From assembly GCA_002633005.1 (NCBI GenBank), contig NMRA01000292.1, positions 62,001 to 126,000 on the forward strand: a stretch of DNA of 64,000 nt. Direction: 5' to 3'. Numbering within the stretch: position 1 is the stretch's first letter; every line of letters begins with the position of its first letter. A program made the translations under genes and the position numbers. The notes beneath the pieces were generated by a model. The model had not been told where the DNA came from and did not search any database. It saw only the letters and a list, made by a program, of their open reading frames with translations. This DNA is from Phoronis australis. Taxonomy: Eukaryota; Animalia; Phoronida. Positions 58,001 to 64,000 of this stretch are shown here, piece after piece.

Positions 58001-60493
58001 GTGACCATATGATTCACTGGTTCAGCAGGTCTAGAAAACGAAAAAATTTACAATTACAGATGAACTATAGTCAAACGTCAGATCATACTGGACTGAAAAA
58101 TCCTTATCAGCCAAATCAGTAACACTTAGCTTAACCCAAAAAGCAAACAGGACTTGACGACTGTGAAAAACAAGCTCCAGCAACAAACATACATGCAAAA
58201 TTATGTAAACGATAACTTAGTGGAGTACATGATGGCAAGTGATGTCCATGGCACCAGTTGTCAAGGGTCTGTTTCAGGACAAGTGACTTAAGTATCATGC
58301 TCCACACAATTATTTCTGAAAAGCATTTAAATCTCACCTTGGCAAAAAACGGCCACTGAAAATATACCATAACTTTCTGAGAAAATTTGGTATAAATCGT
58401 TTCTAGGTTGTGATTTACTAATAATCACATAAAAAGTTAGGCAGAAGCGTAAGACCAAATTTCACTCCTTGTATCAGCAATCATGCAGCTTGGTAAATGA
58501 CAAACGCAGCTCAAGTAGAAAGGTATTAATCCGTACTTTTGTTTTGCAGTCTTTGCCCGAGGCTGTGATGGAGTTGTGATCTTTTTCTTTTGTTTCCGTA
58601 CTCCAGATCGCCCCTTCTTCACTGCAGTCTTTGCCGACTCTTTAACAGTATCAGAGTAAGGTTCTGTTGCAGATGGTATTGTCTGTAAATTCATCACAAA
58701 TGAAAATGAGAGACGTAGGGTAGATAAATGGCCAAACACAGCACCTTCACCCATTCCCTGAACCTGAATAATCAGTCCCTTTTAAAACTAAAATGAGAAT
58801 ACTGCCCATTTTTGGGGATTAAAAATAAGACAGTACATGAACACTTGACACTGTATTTCAGGAATAGAATTTGTGTTCACAAACTTGGATTTGGTCGCAT
58901 AACACTTCAAAGCTTAGCTGTTGGATATGTTTGCTTGCTGCATGATGTCAAGTGAATTGCTCCAACAAGAGAAACGTGACATCATGTGACAATGCCATGT
59001 CATTGTTAATATCCAGCACATGACTTTTATGCAAATGGACTATGGGTACTGCCAGGGTTCCTGCATAGCAGGCATCATGGTCTGTCCTTGGTCTATAGTG
59101 CACGAGTGATACATATTTTATACAGATTCGCCACATCAAAGTGGTCATTCCTCGAAAAAGAAAAACAGAATACAAAACTGTAATAGGAACATGTAAAACA
59201 TCAACTATGCAGGATTCCTGGACATCAGGCAAAGGACTGTGCACACATAATAAACAATTCAACACACTGCCATCTTTACCATTTAACATAAGTTCTGGGA
59301 GAATCCATGACAGAAATTGGGGAAAAAATGAGCAGGTACAAAACAGGCCAAACATGTCCCCAGGCGCTTTTTTAAAACTAGGAAAGTGTTTAATACAGAA
59401 ACTACAAAGAGCAGATCCAGGGAAACTTCTTGATTATGTGGACAACTGACAGTAAAGTGTGAAACAAAGCAGTTATTATAAGAACCTAGATAGGGCACAA
59501 AAATATTTAGCCAACAAACATGAGGCATTTTGTTCTTTGACAGACATATTTCCAGCCCCTGGGATGGAGCCGCGTAATACACCCATGACAGTGTTTAGTT
59601 TACATGGGAGGCACATTTAGAAAAATCACAATTTGATGTTACTAAACCACCATTGGTTGATACTAACCTCGGCATTCAGCTTTTCTGAGGCCAAATCAAT
59701 CACAACTTTTGCAGATGGCCTCCGAGAAGCATCCTTTTTGCTTTCATTGTGCTTTGGAGGGGTTGAAGTGGGTGTCAGAAACGGAGAGCTCAAATCAGAC
59801 TTTTCAGTGTGCTTGTCTGAAAATCAAAAGCTGTTCTTATTATCAACAAATGGACACTCGAAAAAGTTGAGTTTAACACGTGTTAAACAAATACTGAACG
59901 CATTCATCACTACAAACAAGAATGAAACATTTTGGCTCTAGACTAACTTTGCTCAAGGCTTAGAATGAGCAATGATAAAAAAGAAGAAAATTTTCCAGGT
60001 GATGTATCGTTCCACAAATAAATAGGCTTGTGTTTATGCATGAATAAAGTAAAAATAATGATAAAAATAGCAAAAACAGAGGAAACTGTAAATCAAATAA
60101 AAGGAAATGAAAACCAAAAAAGAGGAAATTGACTTAAAAGAGGAAAATTCCAAGCCCTGTTTGGTGTAACACAATCACCCGTTCCAGTCCTACTTACAAT
60201 TGGCCAAAACATCTTGTAAACAAGTGCGCATTTAAAAAATTACCCAAATTGTAATCATTAACAAACCGTATCTGTTTAATATACTATAGAGAGTAAATTC
60301 AAACACTAGTAACAAAATAATGTCAACACAGGGACAAAATAATGTCAACACAGGGACAAAATCAGTAAACAATATAGATGGAACTTGGAATTGCCTTTTC
60401 TTGAACTCTTTTGGACATCTGGTGAAAAATAAGTTGTAATTTTGTCAGTCTTCTTGGTCGGAGTCTTCAGTGTATCTGCCATGTTGCTGTCAC
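55042..60493 (-). CDS. KMT5A: Histone H4K20 monomethyltransferase KMT5A (SETD8/PR-Set7)
   Basis: Exons 60493-60395 (tentative), 59816-59668, 58682-58537, 58030-57949 (PIP-degron NHMVTDYFPVRRSVRR), 56169-56110 (ILSGCEEGLK), 55840-55650 (IEGKGRGVVA...FVVEYAGDLI...GCYMYYF), 55252-55042 (IDATAESGKLGRLLNHS...GDELLYDYGDRSKSSIESHPWLKL*). Confidence 0.93.
57660..57768 (-). mobile_element. tRNA-derived SINE head in KMT5A intron
   Basis: B-box GGTTCGAATCCC on the minus strand, degenerate A-box upstream and SINE-like body (CTAGACCCTTGAG) downstream. Confidence 0.5.
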
Positions 60494-60929
60494 CTGCAAT
60501 TTAATAAACATAATATATGCACATGCTTAATACATAGGAAAACCAAAATGAAGAGTGACCGCACTTTTTGTAACCCCAGCATTCAAAGATAACTACACCT
60601 CCCCTGCGCTTGGGATGAGGTCTCCTTAGACAGTAGAGATGGTGATGACCCCATAGGCACTTCATACGTCAGAAGCTTTCGGTGAATTATGCTTCACACT
60701 GATTAAACCATCAAAGTCACGTCGCTATAAGTACCATTTGCCCATAGAGGGACACCTTAGGAGGCCACCAATGTCTTTACCATTATTCTTTCCAACTCAA
60801 ACTTTTTTCCAAGCAGTCCTTCATTCAGTTGCCTATATCAGCAACTGGATATTTTTACACTGTACACGTCAGGCGATGAGATGTCATATTTGGTGTATGA
60901 AGGGCCTATGGGAGCATCACCTTCTCGAC

Positions 60930-61100
60930 TGCTGTGTGTGAACTTGGAATCCTGCCTAATCTCAAGATCGCATATGCATGAACTTGGAATAGAATATTTA
61001 ATTAAAGCAATAAAGTAAATTCTTCGCTCAGTGTTAAGAATTTTTGTAATTATTGGCCTAACAATTACCCATTTTCTCCTTGACGTCAACTTGTGTCACA
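60930..61100 (-). repeat. Dispersed repeat family, other copies at about 7700-7850 (+) and about 61725-61780 (+)
   Basis: Shared core TTCCAAGTTCA...GATCTTGAGATTA..GCAGGATTCCAAGTTCAC. Confidence 0.6.
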
Positions 61101-64000
61101 CAATTGGGAGGAATATGTGAATAATTGTTTGGTGAACAAGATCGCCAATACTTGAAAAATTAGTTAAAATTTACAGTCAGTTTATAATATAAGCATGTTA
61201 TTTGATTTAGTCATAGTCCATGATTTAGTGCATTGCAAATTTTTATCAAGCTGTAGTAATAGTAATCGCTGAGATTACGACCCAACCTGGGAAGCGACCC
61301 AGGGACCCCCATAAAACCGGCAAGCGTGCTAACCATTCAGCTAATGGACAATTGCCTGTTAGTGAGTAGTTAACAGAGGCTCATATGATTCACCGGAAGC
61401 GCATCTACAACATTTTCCCTTTCCTAAGGAACAGGCACGCCACCAGGAAGGTGAACACCAAGAATGTCTCGCATACAGGTCATCAACGTCCCTTGGTACC
61501 TTTACCACCACAACACAGGTGAACACAAGGTTGTCTCTCATACAGGTCCTCGACTCCTGGAACTTTTTACCATCACCATGCATCAATGCGCGCCGTTCGA
61601 GGTCCGCGGGTACTAGATGGCAGTGCTTCATCGGACGGTAGATCATCCGTTTGCCGACTACGCCATTCATTTGCAGTAATAGCCGAGATTATCGGAGTGA
61701 ACTTGTCAAGTTTCCTCGTGTGTTCCATACGCGATCTTGAGATTATCGCAAGCAGGATTCCAAGTTCACGCACAGAAGTGGCACTGTCTAACTGCGCTAG
61801 CGACGTCAACAACTGGTCAACAGGCTGCCAGAACTGACCAGCTGAACAACGCCAACGGAAATGCCTCGTCCCCGATCTAGTGAAACAGAAAATTTGTAAA
61901 TCGACACTTGTTCACTACACAAAGCACAAACCTTATAAGCAACCAGAAATAGACGCCAAGATGCTAATACAAGAAAACACACAATCAGAATAAAAATCTT
62001 TCGTCAGGACGGCACAAACCAACCAGAGAAACAGTGAACATGCACTCAACTGATTGCCTCAAAGAAATTTAAATACCAGACGAATGTGTATTTGCACTTT
62101 GACACAGTTTTGTTTTTGGTGAACCTGATTGGTTAACAGCTACATGACCAGCAATCCAGCTTTTCTTTTGTCTTTTAAAACATGATAGTGTTACAACAAA
62201 AACAATTTTCATGACTTTTAAGTTATATTTATACACGTTAATTCTTTATAGAAACGTTTGACGTCATATTGGAAAAAATTCAAATATTGGCCTTACATTT
62301 GTATTAAGTCGGCTATGTAAGTGCATGTTGGGATAGAAATTAAAATGGCGTAAAGAAAGCTGTGTAGGAAGTCTTCTCTTGTAAACATGGACAATAACGC
62401 GGAAGTAGGCATTTATGAATTTTCTTATCAATGTTTTTGTAATACTTAGCCATTGTTTTTTCAGTTTTGTATTTTTCAAAAAATTCTCTATTGTCTAATA
62501 TTAAATTTCAAGAGTTCACATCCTTGTGTGTTTATGGTTGGGAACTTCAATCTCTAAGTACCGTGTTGACTAACGTCCACGGACACTGCGGGCCACACAT
62601 TCACTTTCGTTTGGAGGTAAACGCAATTGCACAAGTGGCATCGGGCGGTCACTGTGTGCAATAGCTTGTTCTTGATAAAAGAAGCTGTTAAGCGTTTTAG
62701 TTACATACATTTACGAGTTTTCTTTTTTGTTAAAAGAAAAACAATGCCCTACTCCTTTAGCCAGGATTAAGTGACTTCTTGGAAAAGTCAGTGCGTGGGC
62801 AACTGAGACTCAGGATAAGGCTGTTTTGTTAACAACTCCAGGTATTGTGTACATATTGTGTCTTCTAATCCTTGCACATCCAAACAGTGCTGGACTTGTC
62901 AAAGTTAGCTCATACTTTGGAAAAGACTAGGCCAGATAAACATGTTTACGGTCCCTGTCTGCGCTGAAAAATGTGCCAAGTCGATTTTTTTCTTTTTTTT
63001 CGAAAATAACCATTTGCAAAAGTCAGTAATTACATTTGCAGAATGTGGAAGTATTCGCCCTGTTTTAGTATGGAAATTCATCTGTCACCGGCTGTGTGAC
63101 AGAGTGGTACATATAGGAACAGCTTGACCTGTTGTCTGTGCTGCCATGCATCTTGGGTTGATTGACATGTAATTCCTTAAAATGGCACTTCAGGAAGGTG
63201 TTTGCTTGCAGCGAGGCAAATACATGATATGATATTAAGTGTATATGATAGATTCAGGCAAACACGGACCCTTATGGCAGCCTTCGCCGTGAGGATCTGT
63301 GACACCTCTTCTGGCGACGTCATCAAAACAAAAAGTATTAAGTGCCTCCTTGCGTCAATTTCTTGGAGATAAACATTTTTTTTATCTGGTGTTATAGTCT
63401 GTTTCATTTTGTCTAAGTTGATTGCATCATTGTCTGATTGGATGGTCATAATTTGATTTTTTTAATTTACTCAACATATAGCCTATTTATAATATATATA
63501 TTGGCTCAATTTCTGTGTCAGTCATTTTTCTGGTCACCTTCAGGTGTTGCTCAGCCTAAGGAAGATTTGTGAGGGGGGTTGTGTCGCGATTCTCAAAAGT
63601 AAAATGGATTTCATAATTCATGACTGTTTTTTTAATTTCATGGATCATGACAGATATTTGTTTCTGCCTTGGTCACCATCATTTTTCCACCGTGCCTTAA
63701 CCCATTGTCAAAATCAAATTTTAAATCATAGTGTAATTTTTTCTTATATTCTTTCTGAGAAAGTTTTAGAGATCAATACAATTTTCTCCTTGACTTAGAT
63801 GTTCTTTTTTAAAAAACAAAAACTTAGAGGAAAAATGCCCGAGTTTAGGCAACTAAAAAACTTAATTATTACGTACTGTAAAATTGTCAAAAATTGTACA
63901 TCTATAAAATATGTCTCTTAAAAAGTATTTCTGGTGATGAAGATATTCTGTCTCAGTTCTGGATAATTAATTTTGTTTTTATTTCATCTGGCTCATTAAT

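Overview
Intron-rich, AT-rich animal (probably invertebrate) genomic DNA with four spliced genes that I assembled by hand from splice signals and reading-frame phase. (1) PDCD6/ALG-2 on + (5' end not found in the window), with a duplicated, probably mutually exclusive EF-hand-1 exon. (2) A minus-strand gene in which a 3.9-kb exon encoding an MFHAS1-like LRR-ROC-COR (Roco) protein can be spliced in frame through four more exons into a FAM111-like serine protease with an intact His-Asp-Ser triad (about 1587 aa); this is the most notable feature. (3) A small Ig-Ig-FN3-TM receptor with NPxY and PDZ-binding motifs on +. (4) KMT5A/SETD8 on -. Introns and intergenic DNA contain non-autonomous DNA transposons (Kolobok-like with THAP/KolX relics, a hAT relic, a CAC-ended element with 5-bp TSD, MITEs), tRNA-derived SINE-like heads and two duplications that look like assembly artefacts. 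All gene models are predictions without transcript support, and family assignments come from recalled motifs, not database searches.
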